DNA of 64,000 nucleotides from Thalia democratica (taxonomy: Eukaryota): assembly GCA_965202585.1 (NCBI GenBank), contig OZ241834.1:34348001-34412000 (forward strand), in the 5' to 3' direction. Positions 41,124 to 54,884 of the stretch are shown in pieces. The translations under genes and the position numbers were made by a program. Each line of letters opens with the position of its first letter. Positions within the stretch are counted from its first letter, which is position 1. Below the pieces are notes generated by a model that ran no database searches, was not told the DNA's origin, and was given only the letters and a program-made list of their open reading frames with translations.

Positions 41124-42553
41124 ATGCAAATATGTGTGAAAACTTTGACTGGTGAAACTATCAAATTGGAAGTTGAAGCTTCTGACACCACTGAGAATTT
41201 CATAAATAAAGCTAAAGAAAAAGGTAATAAAAATGTTTGCTCGATAGAATGACAATTAGATTTTGGACTTGAATTGCTTTAGTTTTCTAAATTAAAACTA
41301 ATAAAAAACTTCATACAACTAAGATGTTTGTCTTTTACTGAAAACATTTTTACCAAGTAGTAATTACATTGTATTCAAATATAAAATATTTACTTCGTAC
41401 TTTCAATAATCTATACTATTCATGTTTAAAATTTGAAAACTCAGGGTGTCAATTATATGAAGAATTTGTGACTTTTGGTCAACATAAATTGAAATATGGA
41501 AGAAGTTCAAGACCTTTTACTCTGTCTGATTATGGAGTTCAAAATGGATCAACTCTTTCTGAGGTGAGTATTTTACATGCACTTTTCTCAACACAAGTAA
41601 AAAAATTGGCTCAAAAGGGTTTGGTACAAGGACCTGGTTCACGAAAAGTCCTTTTGGTTATCGAGCCAAAAGCTAAATGTCTAGTCGAGGAGAAGTTATT
41701 TTTAAGATTCTACATTTTGTTTAATATAAACTGGTTTAGACTTGATTAGTAACTTAAAACATTATGTTTTGACATGCACTAACTTTTGAGTACTAAACAT
41801 TGTTTATAATTTTTGTTGTCTTATATGTGTGCTGACTATCAAAGTTATTGTCTTGAAAATAAAACTAAGCACAGTCACCTCCTTATTAAATATAGGGATA
41901 GTCTTCATCAGTTTTTATTTTAAGTATTATAGAAAATTTTTATATTAAAAACCTGTTTGATTCAGAACAACTACTTGAATTACTTTAGACTTAAAACAGG
42001 TTTTTGACATTTAAAAATTTCAGCTTGAATTATTTTCAATTTATAAACTAAAAGTAGAAATAAAATATTACATAATTTTGTACTTTGCCTATAAAAGCTT
42101 TTATTTCGTAAGTTCTCATTAAAAGCTAAAGAACAATAAATTTTTTGTTTAGAAAAATAAAACAACTTAACTTTTATAAGTTAAAGAGTTATTTACGTTA
42201 AAAACTAGGATTAACTATTTGTATTCTATTGAGTTTTTGATTATGACTTAAATTTGAATAAAATCTTATTAACAGAAAATGAAATTAATTGTGATGACAC
42301 TGACGGGTCACAACTTCACTTTGGAAGTTGAAGTTTCTTATACAGTTAAAGATATCAAAGATAAACTGGAAGAGAAAATGGGTAACTCTAACTAAAGATA
42401 ACAGATTGAAGTAAATCTCTAACATTATTAGGGTGGTCGTCAGTGTACATTAAATATTTGATGATTTCTGGTGTTGTAAAATTACTTGACGACAAAACAC
42501 TGTCTTACTATTATATACAGAACAACTCTAATCTTTATGTGGTGTTTAGATAA
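41124..42553 (+). CDS. Di-ubiquitin-like protein, plus copy A (intact, 148 aa)
   Basis: Exons 41124-41223, 41445-41563 (donor GAG|gtgagt), 42276-42381, 42432-42553. [148 protein letters not shown]. Confidence 0.8.
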
Positions 42554-42842
42554 ATAAAGTAAAGAGGTTAGTTAAGTCTTATCAGATTGTCGTTTAAATA
42601 AAAAATAAAATATAATTTTATTGTCTATCAGGTAAGTTATTAGTATATCAGTAATATTAAGCTCATAAAATTCATAGTTTTAAAAAATTGATAAAAATTT
42701 GTTTAGTTTTCTTTAAAGTTGAAAATTTTTTTATGTATATGTTTTAATTTGTTTTTAAAGTTGACTACATTTTAAAGCTTATAAGTTGATAAAACAATTA
42801 TTTGTAGATAGACTTGGTACAATTTTTATTAAATGTCTAAAT

Positions 42843-43104
42843 CAGGGTTTCCAAAAAAGAGCCGTACATTACGGAAATAAAGCCATAAGCATTAAATGGG
42901 TCAAGTAGGGACATGAGTAGTAAAGGGGCCACATGAGGGCCATGAATCCGTAAATCAAAACTTGCACTAGACATTCCAGAGTTGATGATTAAAAGCAAAA
43001 AAAGTTCTTAAGCGTATTTAATGGTTGCTTTTTGAAAAACTTTGTCGGGGGTCAAGCTTATTTTTTTCTTTAAAGGGGCCTTATGAAATTATTTTTAAGT
43101 TCTG
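42843..43104 (+). mobile_element. Degenerate hAT MITE (paralogue of 17073-17336)
   Basis: Near-identical to the 17.1-kb copy, inside the duplicated cassette. Confidence 0.75.
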
Positions 43105-45970
43105 GTCTATGCTTTACATATTGTAAATTTTTACTTAAGCAAACCTATCTAAAACTAAGTTCCAACAGTTATTAATTGTTGTTTAGGGTAGACATCACGC
43201 AAGTAATATTTGAAGAAAACTAATCAAAACATATAATTGACTTGGTAAAATTACTGCATTGAAAATGAAGTTGAACTTACAGTGTTTTCTCGAGTTTGTT
43301 TAATATAAGTTATAGATTTGTGATTTTATGTTAACCATAAAAGTGCTTATGTTTATATAAAATGTTTTATTTTTTTGTTTTATTTTGAACTGGATTAAAC
43401 ACTGAGTAAATAAAAATGTCATTTACTTATGTAGAAACAACTTAAGTAAGTATTTATCTATACTGCTAAAATAATACTAATTAAAATATAACATTTTATT
43501 ACAGTTACCACACACTAAAAAAAGAGAGTGATCTTGAAAAATATTTGTCTAATACAAGTATAAGATTAGTAATAGTTCAAATGCTATAAGACATGACTCT
43601 ATAATAGAAAAACACTGAGTTCAAATATTTTTTTTTTAAATAAACAAAATTCAATGTTTGTTCTAAAATTTACTGTAATATTAATGTACAACATATTTCA
43701 TGAGGAAAATTACCAGAAGTTTCATACTTGAAACTTTAAAATCAAAGAATGTACCATTAAATGAACATTTTTGTTACCAAAGCTATTCTTGTATTCTAAA
43801 TTATATTAAACATACACTTTTAACGCTTTGAAAGGTTTTAAAACATAGCATAGCCAACGTTCATTAAATTTAATTTCTTTTTTCATAATCAACAAAAATG
43901 TTTAATTAATTCTATGAGAATCCGTTTAATATTGTACTTAAGAGTTTTTTATTTATGTAATGCATCGTATTAGTTATATCAAAAACAACCCGAAACGTTT
44001 TATAAAGAGAAACTAAAAAGTTAAACAATCAATAGCAACTTAACATATTTTTATTATACAATTATAAATGATTGGTGATAGTTTATTATGATAAAACAAA
44101 ACAATTATTTATTATGGCAGAAAATTTTTTTAATTTTACTAATTAGTACAAATTTAAATAAAATTTAAATATTGAAGTAAATTTAACCTTCTTTTAAGAA
44201 AGTTTTAAAGTTATATAAGTAAGAATGGTTAAACATCTCTATTTTTTTTAAGACTGATTAGATACGAAAACTTTAGAGCAGTATGTTATTTTACAACATC
44301 ACACGTTTAACTTATTCTACAGTTACCCCACACTAAAAAGTGGGTGATTTTGAAAAATGTTTGTTTAAAATAAGAATTAGATTAAAAGTGCTAGCGTCGA
44401 TTTTACATTTTTTTACATTTGTTAAAATAGATGGTTTGAAATATGGTTTCATATATATTTCACAATGACCAAGTGTAGGTCATTTAAAATATGTAAGAAA
44501 CTTTACAGTTTTTGTAGTATTCATGAAAACAATATTACTGTTATTTGAATTTATAGAATAGTTTTTTTATAAGTTTTTCACAATGTGTAGCTGTAATAAA
44601 GGAGTATTACAAAATTAATAAAATTTGGTTGTTCGTTAACTTTTAATTTTTTCGTAAGTTACAAATTTGACTTAAGATTTATTTAATAAACGATATATAA
44701 ATTTTAAGAGTTCACTTATTTATTTAATTTAGTCTAATAACTTTATCTGTAGTTAAACTTTTACCCCTTTAAAAAAACTATATTGAAATTCTTAGAGTGT
44801 GTTAGTTTATTCCGATTCTGTTCAAATGTTAAAGAATCAGTAAATTAAATAATAATAAATATGTAGTTTCTCATGCAAAATAAGTTTTTTTATTACTAAT
44901 AGTGGAAACAAAATTTTTTAATACCTAATAAGCTTTCACAAAAATTAACAAAAATGTCTAGACAAAAGTTACATAAAGTTTAATGAAAATTTTTGGTTTC
45001 AACAGTTTATATATTATGTTAAAACTTTAGATTCTGAATTAAAAATTGACGTGGAAGTTTTAATTTTATTTTTTAACTTTAAAAATAAAATTAAACCTGA
45101 AATTATATTATTTTTCAAAGGAAAGTAATGATTTATAACTGTTTTATAAACTAATAAAAGTATAAGGACAAAATATATCACTCCTAAAAACTAGTTTTTG
45201 TTGGAAGTTTTACTAAAATAACAAAAAGTTGACTTTTGTTTTATAGTTTTTTCACGTTTTTCAGCAGAAAACTCACGGAATTTAATAAGTTGCGAAACTT
45301 TTTCTGTCGTGGCTTCTGGCTTACACCATTAATAATTTTATTACCTTTAAAAAGAAATTTAAAATTTTATATATAAACAAAAACTTTGTTTTAAATAAGA
45401 TTATTTTAAATACTTCTTAACTGACTTACTTTACATGTGAAGGTTTTTGATGACTAAGGTAGTTTCGAACAAAGATAGAATGAAATATTTTGTAGTATTA
45501 TTACGTCATAATAATGAACAAAACTGTGAATATAAAAAAACACTTAACATCTTTTTACAGCATGAAAGCTTAAATATTTGTATCATATAAAAATGTTAAT
45601 TCTTAATATTTAAAAATTTTTGATTTTTTTTCTGACCGAAACTGTCCTCATAAGTGAGCGTCCGGATAAGTGAATAAGAACTGTACTAACATATAAAACA
45701 AAAAAAAAATATATTCTTAGTTGCGTTTTAGAAATTTTAATGCTATTTAATTAAATATACTAACTAAATATTCTTTATACCGATTAAGATAACAATAAAC
45801 AACATTTAAAAAAAAATTTTAATGTTTTTTTCACGTAAAGAGTAAAACAAAACAGTTTAGTTAAATAAAAAATTCGAAGTATAACATAGTATCATAGCAC
45901 AAAAAAACATAATTTCGTAGATGAAAATAGGAAACGCATACTGAACACTGTAATAAGTGTGGAAATTTGT

Positions 45971-47660
45971 TCAACCATAAAGGCTCAACACCGAAAAAAT
46001 AACAGAACCATTTTGGATGTTGTAATCAGACAAAGCCCTTTCATATTGCATTTTGTCTCCAGCCCAAATCAGATGATGCTGGTATGGTGGGATACCTGAA
46101 AAATATTCAAATACTGAATGTAATAATACATTTAAGCTTTTTCTTTCAAAAAATTAATTTATTTATTTATTTGTTTGGTTTTTTATACTATTTCAACATT
46201 TACATTAAGTTATATAATTTACATTAAGCTCAATATTTTAACCTCAATTATGTAACATAATGTTATTTTTTTAATGTGTGTGAAAAGTATAAGTACTGTT
46301 CAATTCATAATAAATATTAAAGCTATTACATTTTCGAATTAAGTTGACTTCTTAAGTCTACTAATAGATGGAACAGTTTGAGTATATTTACCAAATTCTT
46401 AGAATATTATCTTAAAAGTTGTCATAAATCTACAAGTTATACAAACCTTCTTTGTCTTGGATCTTTGCTTTGACATTTTTAATAGTGTCAGAAGCTTCAA
46501 CTTCCAATGTGATGGTTTCACCAGTTATCATTGTCACATATATTTGCATTTTTCTCTATTGATAAGTTTTTAGTAAAGTTCAAAAATTATAGTTCTTATA
46601 GTTCAAAAATTGCATAAAAAACTTAAACCACTATATTAATAAGAATAAAAACAAAAAAAAAAAAACATTTACGAGCTTTAAAAGGTTTTGTAAATTTTTA
46701 ATCTTACTAGAAAATTAATATACTTGGAAATTTATAACGCAAATAATATAGAAGAGCTTTGACAACTTAATACATAAATTAGTGTTTTGTTTAAAAAAAA
46801 AACAATTAAAAATGATTAAATAGTCATTTTCTAGTAGAAAAATTATTAATACAAAGAAATTTAGTTGTTTTAACATTGTAAGCTATTTACACATTTTATT
46901 TTTTAATGTATTTAATGTTTTTGAACTAAAATAATTTACATCCATAGCTATCCTTGTTTAAAAAACTTTTGCTAATGTTTCTGACTTTAGTCAAATATTT
47001 ATTTTTAATTTAATACCTATTTAGAAAAAAAAACTAATATGTAGTGTATTTTGAATGCATTAAAAAGTGAGTATTGGATTGTTATTTAAAAAGATAAAAC
47101 AAATTTATACTACGCAAAAATTTTTTTTACAATATTTAGTTATTTCTTTGCTTATATTTTTAATATAGAATACTAACTGCAGTAAGAGTTGATCCATTCT
47201 CAACTCCATGATCAGATAAAGTAGAAGGTTTTGAATTTCTTTCGTCTTTCAATTCACTTTCACCAAAAAACAAGCGTACCTGATGTAACGGATGACCTGA
47301 GTTTTCAAATGATAACATGAATTTTGTATAAAAATAAGAAAATAGGCTTTGTTTTTTATCTTGGCGAAAAAACTTTTACAAAAAATAAACTCAACTTTCA
47401 TAAACTTCACTTAAGCAACTTATTAAGTAACAATTAAGTAATTTACTCAAAAATAAAGCATAAATCCTATATTAGTTAAAGACATTTTGATGTACAACTG
47501 TTTAAAACTTCAGTGCAACACTTATTTTGTCAGTTAATTTATTTAAAAAAGTTTCACTACCTTTTTCTTTAGCTTTATTTATAAGATCTTCAATGCTGTC
47601 AGAAGCTTCAACTTCCAATGTGATGGTTTTACCAGTCAAAGTTTTCACAAAAATTTGCAT
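45971..47660 (-). CDS. Di-ubiquitin-like protein, minus copy 6 (intact, 150 aa)
   Basis: Exons 47660-47561, 47296-47178, 46555-46447, 46095-45971. Closest to copy 3. Domain 2: [75 protein letters not shown]. Confidence 0.82.
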
Positions 47661-49424
47661 TTTTATTTTGAAAAGCTGTAAAGATATTTGTATTTATAAA
47701 TTGGTGTCCAACAAATTTCTACCAAGTAAATCTAGTTTTTCTATTTTATTTTTTGCAAAAATGAATATAAGATATCAACTAATATTTACTTTTAAAATAA
47801 AAATGCAACCAATACACTTGTAATACTTTTCATAGAACTGTTCCTATAAAACTTAACTTTTAAATACCCAAAAGGACTTATTTGTTAAACCTATTGTCAG
47901 TAGTATAAATTTATTTACAATAATTTCAAATTAAATGTAAATTTATGTTTAACTTTTTTACACTAAAAAGTTTTATTATGGAGCAACATAATCTTGACCT
48001 TTTAAATAAGTCAGTTTTTATGTCTGTTCAACAGAAATTGTGAAATGTATAATAATCATTGACTTTACTGGAGTTTTTATTTTATACTTTTGTGTTCATA
48101 AGTAACATTTTGAGTTTAAAAACAAAAAAAAATGTTTGAAAATGTTTTAGTTTAAAAATATTTAAGGACCAGCTTATGATATGAAAATAATAAATTTGAA
48201 TTATCTAAAAAAATAGTTACGCTAAAAAATTAGTATTATGAACTTAAATAATAAAACATTTACTTTGTAATACATTTTCATATAATTTAAGATTGTTTAC
48301 TATACTGTTGAAATTTAGCTACCGTTAATTTTTAAAACGTGCTAACTTATAGAAATGATTCTATATATTTTTTGTTTTTGAAAAGTTTAGATAACTTTAA
48401 TGTGAATAAGCGAATAAAGTGTTGTGCTTAGTTTGTACTGAACACTAATAAAATTATACTATTTGATCACAATTACCCCACATTAAAAAATGTGAACGAT
48501 CTTTATAGTTGTTTGTCTTTAATAAGTATAAGATTAAAATTGCTTAGGAATAGTTTAAGTACAAGAGAAGACTTATGACTCGATAATGAAAACTGACTTT
48601 AAAAATTTGTATCATCATACATTGAATTTAATGTTTGCTAAATTTTAATGTTATTAAATGTACGACATACTGCATAATAAAAGCTTTTACAAAAAAATTA
48701 ATACTTGAAATGTTAATAAACAAAATCTGTACCGTTAAATGATTACTTTATTTACCAAAGTTTAGTCTTGTGTTTTAAATTATATGTAATATTTTAGTTT
48801 ATAAAGGTTTTAAAACATAGCCAATGTTCATAAAATTTGTTGGTACTTTTCCATAATCAACAAATTTTTTATGAAATGTGAAAGTTCGTTTAATACTGTA
48901 GGTAAAGAGTTTTGTACTTATATGTTTCAGCATAATAGTTACATCGAAAGACAATTTAAAAACACTTATAAATGGAAACTAAAAAGTTAAATTTTAAAAA
49001 TTTCATCAACAACGATACAAAGTTTTAATATACAATTTTAAACTATTGTTGATAATTTATAAAAAACAAACAAGTATTTATTATGGTAGAAGAAAGTTTT
49101 GACTTTATTAATTTTTCAGACCCATATACGTTTAGTTTTTAGTGACCATTGAAACTGGTGGCCTGTAGACTGCAACCTTTAGTTAGTAGATCCGAGCTGT
49201 AAAATATTACTTTTCAATTTGGAGTTGATCAGTTTACGATACTTTTTAAATTATTTAAACTGTATTTTTTTAGAAAAACATATTTTTATTTGAGTATTAC
49301 AATTTTGAAAACTTGTTATCTTTAAATTAGTAAATTTTTGAATAAAGGCCTAGTTAAACCCATGGCCATAAATCAAAGTTGCAAAAACTTACGTAATTTT
49401 TAAAGACTGCTAAAAAATTGAAAA

Positions 49425-49543
49425 GGCTCCCTTATGGCCCTTTTACTAGTTAAGGGCCCCCTTTGGCCTATTTACATATTATGGCCCCCTGACTTCCTCA
49501 AATGGCCCCAAGGGGGTACCTTGGTCAACTTTGGGAAACCCTG
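49425..49543 (-). mobile_element. Partial hAT MITE, reverse orientation (paralogue of 38236-38390)
   Basis: TTTGGGAAACCCTG TIR ending at 49543, with a GC-rich subterminal region similar to 1143-1270. The start is approximate. Confidence 0.6.
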
Positions 49544-51085
49544 GCCTAGTCCCTAACTTGTAGATTTAATTTTAAAGTAATTAATTCTTAGCCTTAGAAA
49601 AACTGTACTTATACAATAATTTTTAATTTCAATTGTTTGAAAATTGAGGATTACATATAACGAATTACTAAAGTGCTTATCAACTATTACAAGATTGGTT
49701 TAAAATCACATAATGCTTAAGTATTATATTTTGTATGAACTTGCTAGATTGGTTTAGAACAAATCAGCTTGGTATACCTTAAAACTTATGTAAATATTTA
49801 AACTTAAAAAAATCAAAACGTTTTTCTTGAACTATATTAAATTTTATTAAAATTAATAACTTCATGGTTAAAAAAAGGAATAACTATTTTACTATATACA
49901 TACGAACTTTAAATACTAAAAATTGAACAACTTAAGTTTATTTTCCAGAAAAAATCTACTTTTTTATAAGTATACGATTAAAAATATCAAAGTTTGAAAC
50001 CGTTAGTTTTAAATAAAAGATTTTAGTCTACAAATATATAATTATTTAGTTGATGTTGTCTAAGTATTAGCGAACAATTTGTAATAAATTCATTAACTAT
50101 TAACAAAATTTAAACAAAAAATTGTTGTAACACTTTTAATGTAAAAATAAACTTTATTTTATCAGTTGGGCTAGACTGCTTACTTTCTTGAACTTATTCT
50201 AAATTGTGAAACAATTTGTCCTGTCTGTTAGTTAGTTCTTAAGTACAATAAAAATGTTTTATTATTTAAATGATTATGATTTATATGATTTAAACTTTAG
50301 TTAGTTTATTAAGTAGTTATAAGGATAAAGCAGAGATTTTTTTTTCATATCAATATTCGCTATGCTGAGTATATTTAATGCAAACTCAAATTTAACAATG
50401 ATTAGAAAATATCAAGTTGAAGTTGTTGAACTTGTTCTAGGTTTTTAATATTTTCAGGTATTTTAATTACAACATTTTTTACTTACTTTAATCTAATATT
50501 GATTTTGTAAGTTATAAAATTCAATTTTATGCTTATTGAACTCATTTCCTAGTTATATTTTATAATCATTTTAAAATAATTATCCATAACTTATGACTAC
50601 TTTTGTAATACTTTGTAAGCTTTTCAAGTATTTATAGAAAACTCACTTAGTTAAAACAATGGCCTTTAAATTTGATTAGTGTTAAAGCAATAAATATTTT
50701 ATAACTAATTTAACAACAAATATTGATATTGCTTTTGAATAAGCAGCTTAAATTAAAAATTTGTTAAACTTTTTCATCAATTTATCCTACCGTATTAATT
50801 CAAACATTTTTGAATACTAACAGCAAATATAGTTATATTCTCAGTTACTTTACATTTTTGACAGTTTAGTACATTTTAAATAAGTATACCGATTAAGATA
50901 AAAATAAACACTATCTTTTTGAAAAAATGTTTAATGTAATTTCGGGTGAAAAGTATAACAAAATGAATCAGCTTAGTTAAATAAAAAATTCGAAATATAA
51001 CATAGTATCATAGCAGTAAAAACAAAATTGCATTGATAAAAATAGGTATCGCATACTGAGCACTTTAATAAATGTGGAAATTTAT

Positions 51086-52768
51086 TCAAGCACTAAGTCT
51101 CAACACCAAATAAATAAGAGAACCATTCTGGATGTTGTGGTCAGACAAAGTCCTTTCATCTTCCAATTGCTTTCCAGCATAGAGTAAACGTTGCTCGCAT
51201 TGTGGGTAACCTGAAAAAAAATAGAAAGTAACATTATATTTCAAATATTTTTATTATTTTAACAAAGTAAATTAATCTAAGTTTTCTTTTAATTAAATAT
51301 TATTTCAACATTAACATTTAGTTATAAACTATATATTTAACTCAAGTTTTTAACCTCAATTATGTGTTATTATTGTATTTTATTTTCATGTATGTAAAAA
51401 GTATAAGTACTGTTCTATTCGTAATAAAAATTAAAACTATTATATTTCCAAATTTAGTAGACTTTTTAGTAGTCTACTAATTGATAGGACAGTTTAAGTA
51501 AGTTTATTAAATTCTTAATATGTTATCTTAAAAGTTGTCATAAATCTACAAGTTATACAAACCTTCTATGTCTTCGATCTTAGCTTTGACATTTTCAATG
51601 GTGTCAGAAGCTTCAACTTCTAATGGGATGGTTTTACCAGTCAATGTTTTCACAAAAATTTGCATCTTTCTCTATTGATAAGTTTTTAGTAAAGTCTAAC
51701 TTATAGTTTAAAATATGTATAAAAAACCTTAAACTATTTATTCAATAAGGATACAAAAAAAAATTATATACGAGCTTTAAAAGGTTTTGTAAATTTTTAA
51801 TCTTATTAAAAAAATTAATATACTATATATTTTATAACGAAAATAATATAAGAGCTTTGACAACTTAATACATGAATTAGTATTTTGTTTAAAATAATAA
51901 AAGAAATAAAAAAATTAAAAGTTATTTCATAATACTAAAATTTCCAATAAGAAGAAATTTAGTTGTTTTTAACATTGTTAGCTATCTACGCATTTTTACT
52001 TTTTAATGTGTTTAATATTTATAAACTAAAATAATTTGTTATCCAAGCTATCCTTATATTAAAAATTTTAAAGACTACCACTTTTTTTAAGTGTCGACTA
52101 TAGTCAATCATTTATTTTTAATTTAATACCTATTTAAGAAAAAAAAAAATAATATGTACTATATTTTCATTCAATGCATTAAAGAGTGAGCATTGGGTAG
52201 CTATTTAAAAAGATAAAACAAACTTATATTACGCAAAAATTTTTTTTTTAATATTTAGTTATTTAATTGCTCATATTTTTAATACAGAATACTAACTGCA
52301 GTAAGAGTTGATCCATTCTCAACTCCATAATCAGAAAAAGTAGAAGGTTTTGAATTTTTTTCATCTTTCAATTCATTTTCACCAAAAAACAAGCGTACCT
52401 GATCTAACGGTTGACCTGAGTTTTCAAATAATAACATGAATTTTGTATAAAAATAAGAAGTTAGGCTAATTTATCTTGGCGAAAAAGTTTTTACAAAAAA
52501 ATAAACTTTTATAAACTTTACTTAAGCAACTTAAAAAGTAACAATTCAGTAATTTACTTAAAAATAAACAGTAAATCCTATACTAGTTAAAGACTTTTGG
52601 TGTACAACTGTTTAACATTTCAGTTATATCATTTTGCCAGTTAATTTGTTTAAAAAAAGTTTCACAACCTTTTTCTTTAGCTTTATTTCTAAGCTCTTCA
52701 ATGCTGTCGGAAGCTTCAACTTCCAATGTGATGGTTTCACCAGAAAAAGTTTTCACAAAAATTTGCAT
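51086..52768 (-). CDS. Di-ubiquitin-like protein, minus copy 7 (intact, 150 aa)
   Basis: Exons 52768-52669, 52415-52297, 51671-51563, 51210-51086. [150 protein letters not shown]. Confidence 0.82.
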
Positions 52769-54884
52769 TTTTATTTCGAAAAGCTGTAAAGATATTTGTA
52801 TTTATAAATTGGTCGCCCGCAAAATGCTATCAGGTAAAACCATTTTTTTTTCTTTGTAAGGAAAAATGAATATAAGAAATCAACTGTTATTTACTATGAA
52901 ATTAAATTGCAACCAATACACTTATATTACTTTTCATATAATTTTTCCTATAAAACTTAGTTTTTAATTACCAAAAGCTCTTATTTGTTAAACTAGTTGT
53001 CAGTATTATAAATTTATCTACAATAATATTTAATCAAAAGCAAATTTATGTTTAAGTTCTTTACACTAAAAAGTTTTATTGTGGAGCAACATAATCTTGA
53101 CCTTTAAATAAGTTTTTATATCTGTTTATCAGAAATTAGGAACTGTATAATAAGTATTGACTTTACTGGTGTTTTAACTTTATACTTTTGTATTCATAAG
53201 TAACATTTTCAGTTTTAAAAAAAATGTTTGAAAATTTACTTAGAAAAAATAATAAATTTGAATTATCTAAAAAAAACTAGTTACACTAAAAAAGTAGTAT
53301 TACCAACTTAAAAAATAAAACATTTACTATGTAATATATTTTCATATAATTAAAGAATGTTGGATATAATGTTGCAATTTAGCTACTGTAAGCTTTTAAA
53401 ACGTGCTAACTTACAGAAACGATTCTACATTTTATTTTTTGAAGAGCTTATATAACTTTAATATAAATAATCGAATAAAGTATTGTACTTGACTTGTCCT
53501 GGATAAGACGTTAAAATGTATCTATGATGTGCGACTCGTTAACCGAAAGATTTTTTCGTGCACCAGGTCCTATAACCAAACATTTTGAGCGTATTTTATG
53601 TCGATCAATAAACTATATGATATAAGCATAAGAAAAAAAACTTACTGACATAAATTTTAAACTGATTTCTTAAACTTATATAAAATTTTATCGTGTGTTT
53701 TATAGTTTTGCTTGTACTGTGGTTTATTTTATATAAACTTATCGATATCATTGACGTTTTAGTGGTTCAATCTACAATTTTTCTTTAAGTATAATTATTA
53801 TTTATAATTACAGAACCCAACTATTTCATGCTCGTAAAATTTTTGTGTTAACTGGTTTTAATTTAAACAAACTATTTCATAAGTTATACAACTCCTTCTC
53901 TTTTATTTTTCAAAACAGCAAGTACTTAATTTCAAAAAAAAAAACAATTAACTGTGATTGAAAACGTTTGTTTTAAACTTCTTTAAGTTAAAATGTTTCT
54001 TATAAAATAATGTTTTTGTATAAAAAATTATTGTAATTATATTGAATAGTTATAACTTATTTTAATGTTTAAATCAATTAATTAGATTCCAGGCCTTTCT
54101 TTGAATAATTTACTTACTAATTTCGTTAGACACTAGTTTCTTAATACTTAAAAATAGTATTACTTGTATTAGTTATGCATCTCTTCCTATGAAAAAATAT
54201 CATCTTTTAACTTTTATTATTTCGTCTTTTTATGGTTTCCATTTTCTTTTTCATTACAAAAATTAGTTTTTATTTTTATAAAAGCTGACTTTGAAAACTA
54301 ACGTAAGGAGAAAAAAGTGCTAAACTACTATTTCATACAAAAAAAAAAACTTCTATTTTGTATGTTGTGCCCGTGTTTTGAAAAATTAAAGAACTATTTC
54401 AATGGTGAGGATTTTATTTTTTTTGTTAGTAAATAAAATAGACAACCGTGTAAGAAACTGTCTTACTAAATACTTACTATGTAGTATGTATTATTAAGCA
54501 AAAAATAGCTCTAAATACTTATTCTTTTAATCTGATGCATAATACAATGTTTGTTAAAATAACAGAAAAACTGTTTACTTATTATTTAAACGTTTAGTTA
54601 AATGATTAACCAATTTTATAAGAAGTCATTAAATTATTGTTTTACTGGTTGTATTGCTAATTATTCGAAACTTAAAATAAACATAATTGTGATATTTTTA
54701 ATACAAATAATTGCTGTAAAAGTAGAAATAGTGTATATACTAAAGTTAAAATTCAAAATTTAATGCTTGTTGTGTTCTTACATCAATATAATTGGTTTTC
54801 ATAGAAATAACTGGTTTACCTGTTTGGAATTTTTAGAAAACAACTTTAAAAACAAATATTTTCACAACTTTTTAAAGTGAAAAT

